This document shows positions 50,328 to 61,304 of a stretch of 64,000 bases of DNA, piece after piece. This stretch comes from Phoronis australis (taxonomy: Eukaryota; Animalia; Phoronida). The position numbers and the translations under genes are program-made. Each line of letters opens with the position of its first letter. Position 1 is the first letter of the stretch. The stretch spans positions 1 to 64,000 of the forward strand of contig NMRA01001012.1 in NCBI GenBank assembly GCA_002633005.1. Direction: 5' to 3'. The notes beneath the pieces were generated by a model. That model was not told the DNA's origin. It did no database searches and saw only the letters and a program-made list of their open reading frames with translations.

Positions 50328-52107
50328 GTAAGATACTCAGTTGTTTTAAGCTTTAGGTTCATTACCTGCGGCAATAAAATAAAGGGTTGTGTTATCAGTT
50401 TAATTATTAATTTTAATGCTGTATCGAATAAAAAATAAAATATAATGTTTGTGAAACGTCACGAAGGACAACTTATTTTACTTTATGCATATTTTCCAGT
50501 TTTCAAATAATTGTGAAGTCTGCTGAATGTTCCTGTCAGTATCACACTTTTCTTCGTTAGTTCTCCTCATATCGTTGTTCAGCATTGCAAGTATTCCCCA
50601 TGTCTTTGCAGCGGCACAAAAAGTGACCATTTTTTAACATGACGTGTTTTATCTAAATATGGAATTTTTTCTTCCTTTGATGGAACTCTTTGTGTGTGCG
50701 TGCGTGCGTGCGCGCGAGTGTTTGAAAATAGAATTCTGGCCCTGGAATGCCAAGTCCCACACGCGATCTATACGTTCCATTACCAGAGCCTGCGATTCGG
50801 ACACTAGCCGCGAGAGCTTGCACTGAGAATTTTCCTGCAGCCTGCTGGACTTAGTTTTGATCGACAGTTGTTGGTCATCAAAGCAAGCTTAATTTCATTG
50901 CTTCACTTTCATTTTGTTATCATTGTTCATCAAGCAGACTTGAGCTACGGTTCCACCGATTTCTAGGCAAAATTAGTCAACAAACCCAACAGTTACACTG
51001 GTCATTCTTTATAGGTGTCGACTGGTAGTTCTGGATGAATTCCAGCAGTAGTTTCGCCTCTGATATCTTTTCAGCTTAAATCGTAGAACCACGTTCGTCA
51101 ATCTATCATACTAACTGCCAGACGCTTTTCAACAAGACATTTGTGGGTGTTAAAATCATGTTACAGTATTTTACGGAAATAAGTTGCATTTGGTCTAAAT
51201 GTAAAGTTTAGACCCTAAAAACAGGTGTGTTGATGTACATGTACATTTCAAAGCTACATGATAGATGTTTGTCCATTTTTATCCATCAGAAAACGCTTAT
51301 CTGCAAATTTCGGAAAGATACTTGGAATAGTTTATCGCATTTTTCGTAAATGTCACTGCATTCTGAATAATTGTATCAAATGGCACCATAGATGGAATTA
51401 TTTATAATACACAAAGATGTACAATTTTGGATGAATGCCTGACTAAAATACCCACAGGAAGTGTGGCAGATTCATATTCTAAAACGTTTGTATTTATAGG
51501 GTAGGAATCTTTTGTATCATTGAAATTATTTCCCTAATGGATTAAGTCGTCATTTGTATAACCTCTCTTGTTCATTTCGTTTTTATGTTACTATTAAATG
51601 CTGTTACTTTTCACATTTTGATTTTTCCTTGGTTTTTAGAATTATTATCAATTAAATTATTTGCCTTCTGCTTCTGGTATCAAAAAACTGACAAAGGGCT
51701 TTTTAATGATATGGCTCTTATGCCACTCCGGCAGTTGCAAAACGGCGTAGTTGCAAAAAGTTTTAATGACAGTAAATTCAACATCAAGTACACACACCGG
51801 AACAAACTGTCACACATGCGCGGAGCAAGCTCAGAGACCGCGAGATGGCATTTCAGGGCTAGAGTTCTTTGATTTGAACAAGGTACAAAGTGACTACCTG
51901 ACTACGACTGCACACCTTCCAATTGACTACTTGATACCTAACTAACTCCCAAGTAGTCTCTTGTAGTAGCTAATAGAAACTATTTATTGAGGCTGTGGGA
52001 TGACAGAAAATGTTATTTATGAATGGTGTCAGTTGATGCCGCTAGCCAGACTACACACACAAGGCATCAAGTGTGTGACCTTCTTGTTTATGTCATCCGG
52101 TGATTAA

Positions 52108-53730
52108 AGGAGAATGACACCCGATTTAATTAGTCTTTTACTGTCTTAAGCGGTCTATATCCACATCGCCTCGCATACGGTGGACCTAACCTTATCGAGA
52201 GGTGTCGCGTTAACCTGTGAGGAAGGTGAGAAACGACGCAGTGACGTCAGTGGTTCATTTGTAGTTGCAGAGTGAATGCCGCTATGTTGCGTTCCCGCTT
52301 GTCCGAACTACATGTATGCAGCAGCGAGGAAAGCGGGTACATCGTTTTTTCAACTTCCTCGAGAGTCCGAAATACTTAGGAAGTGGCTCGCGGTAGTGAC
52401 TGAAAATTACGCTACTATTAGCAAGTATGAGGCCGTGAAACATCTCGGTGTCTGTGGCCGACAGTCGTCGACAGTGAATCTGACGATTGCCGGCTTACCA
52501 TAGAAATATCCATACGTTCCGTTGTCTGTGCATGTTCACGGCGCCTGTCTAGTATTTCTTGATCACTGTATTCCGGTTCGAACTGATAGCCTGTGAAACT
52601 TAACGATTCACCTGCGAAGTGTTCGTTCTATTTCAAAATGAAATATTCTCGCCCTAACCAATGCTTATATAAAACTGAAACAAAGACTCATTAGATACAA
52701 TTTGTAATGCCTTTAGAGTATTTGTGAGTGCATATGTTTTGAGAAGCCACCAATGAATAAACCGCTGCATTACCGGCTTCAGATGAAATAAAGGTAATTA
52801 ATCGGACACCGGAGCCGCTTGAACGCATGCTAATTCAGTGTTTGCTGACAGAAACTGTTGTGAAATAATAACTCAATTTTCTATGCCATGGTCAGGTGTT
52901 AGGGGAATCTTTATTTAAATATACATTATTCATTGTTAATATACAACTTCTGCCCTGACGGTTCTGTGGCCAAAGGGGAACCTGAATTCGCGGCCCCGAC
53001 AAGTAAGTAGATTTGCAGTTTCGTGGCTAATTCACCAACATAATCACGCGCACATTACTTCTGTGGCTCACTAGTATAGCATTTTCTTGACTGGAAGTTT
53101 AGTTTTCAACTTTGGCGGGTTTATGTTCGTGATGTCTTCAGTCCGGCCGCGACGGAGCTGATCGGGTTCCGAGCCACTGGCCGGGATAACGAGTCAGTCC
53201 CTTCGCGATGGGCCTGATCGGGTTCCGAGTATAATTACTATAGTTTTTTTGTGTTTAGAACTAAAAAAATCACAACTCTAAACAACAGAGATCGGTGTTC
53301 TCCTGTCTGTATTTCACGAAAGAATACTTCGAATTTATCTCTGAACAGACCCCACACTCCTGCTACGGACATTGGTAAATTGTCCTGCCGAACTAGTAGG
53401 CTACGGTGTGTCCAAATACCAATAAATCCGTAACAGCGAAATAAAACAACACGTTTTTATAAAAACTCGATTTATTTTTTAAGGGTTTTACATCGAAAAT
53501 TGATGATTTATTGGTGTTAAACGATGAATTCAAGCGATAACCTGACACCAGTAACACGTGTTGTGAACTGCCGAACAGACTGCATGTGAAACCAAAGGCG
53601 TCATTGGATAATTTCAACACCTCCGTCTGCCGTCAGGTGTCAGGTAACGCAACCGAACGTGCTGTTATCGAGTAGAAGTACTCGATCTAAATTGATACAA
53701 AATAGGTTGTTTTTTGGGTGGCATGCTCCT
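52108..53730 (+). mobile_element. Non-autonomous Kolobok-like element with THAP remnant
   Basis: TTAA|AGGAGAATGACACCC ... GGGTGGCATGCTCCT|TTAC; ORF 52276 MPLCCVPACPN...FFQLPRESEILRKWL...VCGR is a THAP N-terminus. Confidence 0.72.
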
Positions 53731-55509
53731 TTACATTATCAGATGTACTGGCTTCAGTGCTGTTAGAACCACTTGATATGAAGACATCCAACCTGGTTTG
53801 AACTAAATTTGAAGGTTTTGAGAATGACAGTCCCGAGCTAAATCAATGGTAAGTATTTTTATTGTGACAGATATTATCTTGTGTTTGTTGTGTGCCTTAT
53901 TCCTATTACCTACGAATGGGTCGCCACTTTCATGTGGTTATAATCCATTTGAAGAATCCTTTTTGAGGTCAAAAACTTGTCATGTTTTGACATGTATGCG
54001 GATTAAACGTAGTCGTTGAAATTTCGCAGGACCTTTACCAATGAAAGACCCGGCCTCCACCATGTTTCACTAGCTAAACACCAAAAACAATACGGAACAC
54101 TGACTGCCGTTATTTACATAAAATGTTTCCGATGCGTTGGAGATCAGGTGGCCATCGAATGCAATCTGTTTTAATGCTGTTTTGTGTAGCCCATGTTACG
54201 GTAGTTTAATTAGAAATTGTTCATTCATTTCAATTATTCATTATTCATCAATTTGAAACTCATTCGTGCAGATCTCCAGTTTGAAGCAGACAGCATAATT
54301 GTTATTGTTAGCTTATATCTTCATCTTCATATCCACAGTGAGGTCTCTGCCGCTGATCCCAGTCACTGTATTCCTGTTCCCTGTGTTCCCTGACCCTATG
54401 TTTCGCCGTATCCATAGCTGATTCTGTGTTGTCCATACATGTCTGCAATCAATGTCTTCGTTTTAATTACCTAATTATATATTTTTTATTAAAGTTGAAC
54501 ATCCTAGTGTTGAAAAGCGGGTAAGGATCCCGGCAAACTCAAGGAGTAACTCCGCGACAAAAAACGGCATGTTGACAATGACCAATCGTATTGCTTTTAA
54601 CTGCACATTTGTCGAGCTGTGGGCGCTTCTAGGTATATTCCAGTAAAGTCAAACATGTACTATAGAAGATGAAACAAAGTGGAATTGACTGTAATTTTTT
54701 ACAAATTGCTTTGCTTAATTTTTCATATGCACCATAATCTAATGTCCCTCTTGTAAGAGACAAGCACATGTGGCATACGTAATGCATTTTTCTGCGAAAG
54801 TTTTTTGTTACGGTTTTGAAGAATATCGCGGCGGTGATGCCCCTTAGGGCACCAAAATGTCACCTTCTAAAACGCAGAAATGTTTAACGAATGGTGGAAG
54901 ATCTGTAAGAGGCAAGCACAAACATGCGTCATGTATAATGCATTTTTGTGAAACATTTTCTTTACCATGTTCCCTCACTCATTAATAATTTCTGAGTTTA
55001 AAGCGTGACAGAGCACAGCGCAGTAGTGGCTTATTCGATACATAAACAAAACAGACCGGCATAATAGCCATGAGCGGTAAGGTTTACAAAGGAAAATAGC
55101 AGGCCCCCTCTGAATATTACGCTAGAGGCGCTGCTTACGCAGAGTTCGGGTGATCAGGAATTCTACATATTGTTTACACAATGGCTCCAACTGTCTACGC
55201 TTGAGCGACTTTAAACACACACCGGTTTGCAACTAATCAGCTAGGGGCGCTGCTTACGCAGGCAACATTGCATGTCTGCATCTAAGCAAAGATTGAAGGA
55301 TCTCAATCGCACATTAGGGACGCAATTAATTTTTGCATCCAGTGAGTTTTACAACTCCATAAGCTCCGAAGTTTTACGCCAAGTTCACGAGGACACTCTT
55401 TGTTCTGTAACATGTAATATCTCTCAAAATTAAGCTCGCTAAATGTCGCGGGTGTAAAAAGTTACTGAGAGACTGGGACGCTTTTAGGTGCAACAAGTCG
55501 ATTGATGCA

Positions 55510-55765
55510 ACGGACCGCCAAACACGGTTTACGGACAAAATGAAGAAGTCGGCTGACCCAGGAAGCCGATGAGTCCGTGACCCGAGTTTGACGGTCCGTT
55601 AACCGTGTTTGCTCGTGAATATGAGTCCGTGACCCGTGTACTTGGGTGCGCGGATCGTGTTTTGTGAGTCCGTTTCCGTGTTTGAGTCAGTGGACGGTGT
55701 TTGCAGGTCCGGGAGTCGTATTCATGCGTCCGTGCCCGTGTTTATGAGTCCGTTGACCGTGTAGT
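55510..55765. repeat. Array of ~21-bp GAGTCCGT..CCGTGTTT units with one inverted copy
   Basis: About ten diverged units at 55570-55765; inverted AAACACGGTTTACGGAC at ~55519. Confidence 0.7.
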
Positions 55766-57334
55766 TTAGGTACCTTGATTTCGCCAGTCAACACACGTGA
55801 CAAGACGATAATTCACGAGACTCGCACTTAGTCGGTAAGCTTGTTGATTTTATTGGGTTGTATGCTTGAACTGAAATGAAATATTTACTCATTTAAAATC
55901 ACAAAATATATTTCATTTTGGAATCGTAAATTTGTCTTGATACTATAGAAAATCAGAGAGAATGACGAGCTTGCACGTAGATATTCAGTGATTTTACCAC
56001 GCAGTCTTTCCATTGTTGTACTTCGTAGCGTGTGATATGAATGTCTGGAACTCTGTGCCAAACAAGTCTAGCGCCAATCCAGCATATGTGATTTTTTCGA
56101 CGCAAAAAACAAGAGATGTATTTTTATTCGCAGTTTCTCTACGAATACTTTGACAATGACTGACAAAATCCCCGAGACTGCGGAACTTGCCAAATTAGAG
56201 CTATCATATTTGACGACGCTGATTGTGTTTGTTGAAAGATTTTGTTACTCTACAGGTTTCCTTTATTTTTGAAGAGACCTTTCTGGAAACGATGTTGAGT
56301 GTAAGTTATTTTCACTTTGAAGTTATTAGTTCACGTAGTGGCTGATAGGCCTACTATTACAATATCGGGTAATTTCGGCGAACAAAATCACATTGCCTGC
56401 CGAATAGGCATCATAAAAGTTCTCCGGATCTCTTAGCGGTAAACAGTATAAGCGAGAAATTCCCCACGTGCCCAGACTCGTGGTGGGAACTCTAACTTTT
56501 TTTAACTTTTCCACCGCGCGCGAGAATCCAAAAGTATGATTTTTCGAAGACTGACCCAGGGATCGCGATGGCTTCTCAGATGTTTCTGTTTGCTATTATA
56601 TACAACAAAGTGTCAGTGTTCAATTATCGAGGCCTATTTACGTCATGGGGGATCGATTTTTTGAGAATACGGACCATCTACTAAAAACGGGATACATTCA
56701 GAGCTATAAATTGCACATTTGCCGAATTTTGGTTGTTCCTGCCTTTTTAGTAGACTTTTGCCTCTCATTTTCTGCTTTTTCAGACTTTTTTTTTTTTTTT
56801 GAAGTGGAACTTTTTGCCCACTTCGCCAAGTGGGGGGCTCATTAGTTTTATGGGGCAAAGGGGACGTCGCCTTACATGTCGAACAAGTCCTGTACATCGA
56901 ACCCAGCAACGTGTAGTAATAGGGCTTTCTGTTCTATGAAGTCTGTAATCGCCCAACCTGCGATGCAGAAATCGAACGCCCTACACTGTTTTTGCCACCT
57001 AGAACCGATGGTTGACTATTCGCCAGTACACTGAAAGGGTGGTATTGGTCGTATGTCCTTCCTGATACTCAGATGTTTTATCCAGCTCAGCTGGATACTG
57101 ATTTCGTGAATGTTTAGAAAACAAGTTATTATTGCTAATTATGAAGCTAAGTCGCCAGCTGTACTACAGAGCTGATAAAATGTTGCCTCCAACTAGAAAC
57201 TTAGTCTTGGATTACCGCTAAGGTATATTCCTGCATAGAAGTTGATGCCATGCGCCTGCTCAGTTCTGTGCAGAATACACAAGCAAATGGGTCAAGAAGC
57301 AGCGTCATACAACTTACTGACGCAATCTGCACAA

Positions 57335-59127
57335 TAGTCGGTGGGCCAGATCTCATAGCGTTCACCCTTGTGAGTACTTTGGGGGGGCAACCTAGTTTTT
57401 TCTATGTGGCTAGATAATATACCCATAAATCAAATTCCAAAAAGTTCCCACGTCTACACTTGCACATTTTTTTAAAAAAAGGTGTTTTTGTTGCCTAAAA
57501 TATGATGCACATTCCTGCCACTTGATGGCGCTTTTCTATTGAATTGACCAATCAGAGAGCCAGATTGTATTGTTGTGCTTAGTTACTTCAATATGGCTGC
57601 TCCCATGGACTGTGATGCCTGTATAATTCAAGGTTTATCAAACAGCACAAAATTGTGATGTCAGAGCCTAAAGAAGCTTAGGCTGTGGAACTCTGTAGAT
57701 CAGTAGATCAAAAAGAAGAAGAGGAGTCACAAACGTTTGTGCAGAAAACATCTGCATGTCCTGGTAGCCTACACAGTATACTGCTGAGTGCTGTAGACTA
57801 GAAGACCAAGTGTCAGACCAAAAAATTGAAAGGACATAGAACGGCATAGCAACGTTTCAAGGCACCAACAGTAGTACTAAAGCTGAAGTTGCTGAAAGTG
57901 ATACAGATGTTATCCAAGATTTCCCAAGAAAATCAATTACTTNNNNNNNNNNNNNNNNNNNNNNNNNNNNNNNNNNNNNNNNNNNNNNNNNNNNNNNNNN
58001 NNNNNNNNNNNNNNNNNNNNNNNNNNNNNNNNNNNNNNNNNNNNNNNNNNNNNNNNNNNNNNNNNNNNNNNNNNNNNNNNNNNNNNNNNNNNNNNNNNNN
58101 NNNNNNNNNNNNNNNNNNNNNNNNNNNNNNNNNNNNNNNNNNNNNNNNNNNNNNNNNNNNNNNNNNNNNNNNNNNNNNNNNNNNNNNNNNNNNNNNNNNN
58201 NNNNNNNNNNNNNNNNNNNNNNNNNNNNNNNNNNNNNNNNNNNNNNNNNNNNNNNNNNNNNNNNNNNNNNNNNNNNNNNNNNNNNNNNNNNNNNNNNNNN
58301 NNNNNNNNNNNNNNNNNNNNNNNNNNNNNNNNNNNNNNNNNNNNNNNNNNNNNNNNNNNNNNNNNNNNNNNNNNNNNNNNNNNNNNNNNNNNNNNNNNNN
58401 NNNNNNNNNNNNNNNNNNNNNNNNNNNNNNNNNNNNNNNNNNNNNNNNNNNNNNNNNNNNNNNNNNNNNNNNNNNNNNNNNNNNNNNNNNNNNNNNNNNN
58501 NNNNNNNNNNNNNNNNNNNNNNNNNNNNNNNNNNNNNNNNNNNNNNNNNNNNNNNNNNNNNNNNNNNNNNNNNNNNNNNNNNNNNNNNNNNNNNNNNNNN
58601 NNNNNNNNNNNNNNNNNNNNNNNNNNNNNNNNNNNNNNNNNNNNNNNNNNNNNNNNNNNNNNNNNNNNNNNNNNNNNNNNNNNNNNNNNNNNNNNNNNNN
58701 NNNNNNNNNNNNNNNNNNNNNNNNNNNNNNNNNNNNNNNNNNNNNNNNNNNNNNNNNNNNNNNNNNNNNNNNNNNNNNNNNNNNNNNNNNNNNNNNNNNN
58801 NNNNNNNNNNNNNNNNNNNNNNNNNNNNNNNNNNNNNNNNNNNNNNNNNNNNNNNNNNNNNNNNNNNNNNNNNNNNNNNNNNNNNNNNNNNNNNNNNNNN
58901 NNNNNNNNNNNNNNTTTTACAAATATAAGTTTACTAAGCTCTTTGGTGATTATTATGTAACTTCAAACTCAAATTTCTCAAAAATGTGCAACTTTATATG
59001 TGGGAACTTTTTAGATTTTGAAAACACTCTAATAAATGAATTAAAAAACACCAAAATAAAATTGCCCCCCTAAAGTACTCACAAAAACCATTTTCTAGAG
59101 GCCCTACAAAATCTGGCCCACCGACTA
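57335..59127. mobile_element. Academ-type DNA transposon (centre in assembly gap)
   Basis: TIR TAGTCGGTGGGCCAGAT / ATCTGGCCCACCGACTA, subterminal TGTGAGTACTTT.GGGGGGCAA mirrored, 3-bp TSD CAA, TAG...CTA termini. Confidence 0.78.
57943..58914. other. Assembly gap
   Basis: Run of N. Confidence 1.
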
Positions 59128-60848
59128 CAACGGAAGAGCTTTGTGTTGCTACTGGGCTTAGTCACCCGTTAAAGAAAACACGGCTTTAAAATTTGCTGAA
59201 CTGAGTAAAAGAAAATATTATCAGAGGTATGTGTGATGTATGAAAAAGATATGATTTCCATTTTGTTCGAAACTAAACCAACTGTTCTTGACCATTGACA
59301 TAATGCACGTTAAATCTTACATTAAAAATCTGTCAAAATGTATCCATATTTACAGTGCATGCGAACGAATTCTGTTTGTAGCGTTCTGTCCACATGTCCC
59401 ATTTGCAATATGTCAGAGTTTTTGTATTATTAGTTGACTCGTTTTCAGCGAAAATCGGTTTGAAGTCCTAGTAGCACACACTATAATGAACGGTTAGAAG
59501 AAGTTAAGAACCAAACAGTACCTATGCCTTGACCAATACAAATTCGTAGTAGAAGAAAGTTTAAATTAACGTGCACTCATGATTCCGATCCGAAGACACA
59601 CTGCTGTTTTGAACTAATCTCGAAACCCAAAGTAAATTTCGTTCAGGAACCCTTGCTCAAGAACGCCGGTTGCGCGAGTGGAGCAGTATGTGTTACCAGT
59701 CTCCAAACCGGGACAAAATATTTTATAGCGGACTTTAACTTTTAATAAAAAACAAAATAAGGATAATTTGTTGTGAAACTGTTTACAAAATACATGTATG
59801 GCAAACAAATTTTGCCAGAAATTATTTTGCCGGACTCGGACCTGTGGTCGATGACCCGGTGCGGACCGAGACCAGCACTGACGAAAGCGAAGGCATGCTG
59901 TAGCCGGCTGTTTTATAGAAATACATGGTTCAAATCATATTCATAATCATACAAAGGAGTTCAGTAATGCAATCAGAAAATGCTGGGGTGGAAAAGGCAA
60001 CGTGTGAAGAGCTAAAATAAAAGAAACACAGTCTAATTAAGAACAGAACTTGTATTCAAATCATAATTTGTGTTAACATTCTCATTCAGAAACACGAGAG
60101 GCAACATACCAAGAGTTAGATGATTGTTTTGTGAACCAAGCACATTTCAAAAAACTTAAGTGGAGTAAATGTAGGCTGTTGTGAAGGCTATTGAAACGCT
60201 ATTGAGGTGCAATGCTCTACTGCATAGAATTGTATAATTTTGGTCGTTCAAGAAAATTATAATTGCCATTAATTATCAACTTTCACTTTGTTCACATAGC
60301 CCGACTGTGGATAAGCGAGGTTTTCATGTAAATAAGAACCGGTGTGCTTTTATTTTTTATTTATTATTTACATGGAGTGTGAAACTTAATTTTCACTGCA
60401 ATGTCATATTTTTCCGTATTGGCTTGAACTTTTTGACACGATGTCATTTTTCAGACTATAGAAACCTAATACTATGTGATTTGCGCTGGCCCATTTCTGT
60501 CATTATCCTGTGTGTGTCCTGATTATGTAGCCAGTTGGCAGCATGTGCCCTGGTCATGTAGTCAGTTGGCACTGTGTTTCTGGTCATGTAGTCATTGCAA
60601 CGAATGATCAAATTCAATGCCTGCTACCAGTGAACCATATTAGTGATCCCTCATCATTTTTGTCTATATAGTGACGTCAAACCAAATGTATCTTCGCTTA
60701 CTCAAATTGATCCAAAAAATCAAAGAAACTTGTAGTGTAAATTTCAATAAAATAAGTACCGGGTATGAAATTTAAGATGCCTTTGCAGTACCACGCAAAC
60801 GTTTGGTTTGCTGTGGTTACTCACGTAGTCAGTTTGTACCCAAGTTAC

Positions 60849-60850
<2 letters not shown>

Positions 60851-60900
<50 letters not shown>
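60851..60900. repeat. (GT)25 microsatellite
   Basis: Perfect GT repeat followed by ACGCGCGCGCGC. Confidence 0.97.
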
Positions 60901-60903
<3 letters not shown>

Positions 60904-61148
60904 CGCGCGCGCTTCTTTGTTTTTGTTTGTGTGTCTTTTCAATATTTCTGGCTGTGGTATTAAGGGAAAAGTTATCACTAGCTAGAGTTTTTTTGGTCAC
61001 TATTGCATTGTCAAGATGGCTTATTTGGAAAATGAACCTACTTTGTCGTTGGATGACAAATGTGAACTGTTTGATTTACAAGAACGCATTGAGTGGTTTT
61101 AAAGTAATGCAACCGAACGAAAGTTGTTTTCACGTGTATATGTTGTAG

Positions 61149-61304
61149 TTGACGGCATTTGTGAAGGTCTACCAGCCGGTGACATTAACATCACGTTTGA
61201 AGTTGGAAATTGTGCGGGATATCCTGTATCGGACAGTGCAGCTGGAAGGCCCGGAGTGGGAGTCTCCCTTACAGTCGAGGAAAATGACTTAGGTTCTAGT
61301 TTGA
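61149..61304 (+). CDS. Exon encoding the end of the CTHRC1 C-terminal-type domain (gene continues downstream)
   Basis: Acceptor tgttgtag|TT (phase 1); VDGICEGLPAGDINITFEVGNCAGYPVSDSAAGRPGVGVSLTVEENDLGSSL, compare CTHRC1 [33 protein letters not shown]...IIIEE; donor A|gtaagt with no stop. Confidence 0.85.

Noticed and set aside
51340-51500. Extra CTHRC1-type exon (SNGTIDGIIY...)
   Set aside because: Only a short resemblance, with an upstream stop and no CxRWY motif or convincing acceptor.
55510-55765. CRISPR-like array
   Set aside because: Units are contiguous diverged tandem repeats without unique spacers, there are no cas genes, and the context is eukaryotic.
57889-59073. 394-aa ORF (and the ORFs across 47246-47566)
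   Set aside because: Length comes from N runs; only the THAP part near 46868-47200 has real coding ancestry.
60765-61148. Cys/Val-rich membrane-like ORF
   Set aside because: Produced by the (GT)n microsatellite inside an intron.
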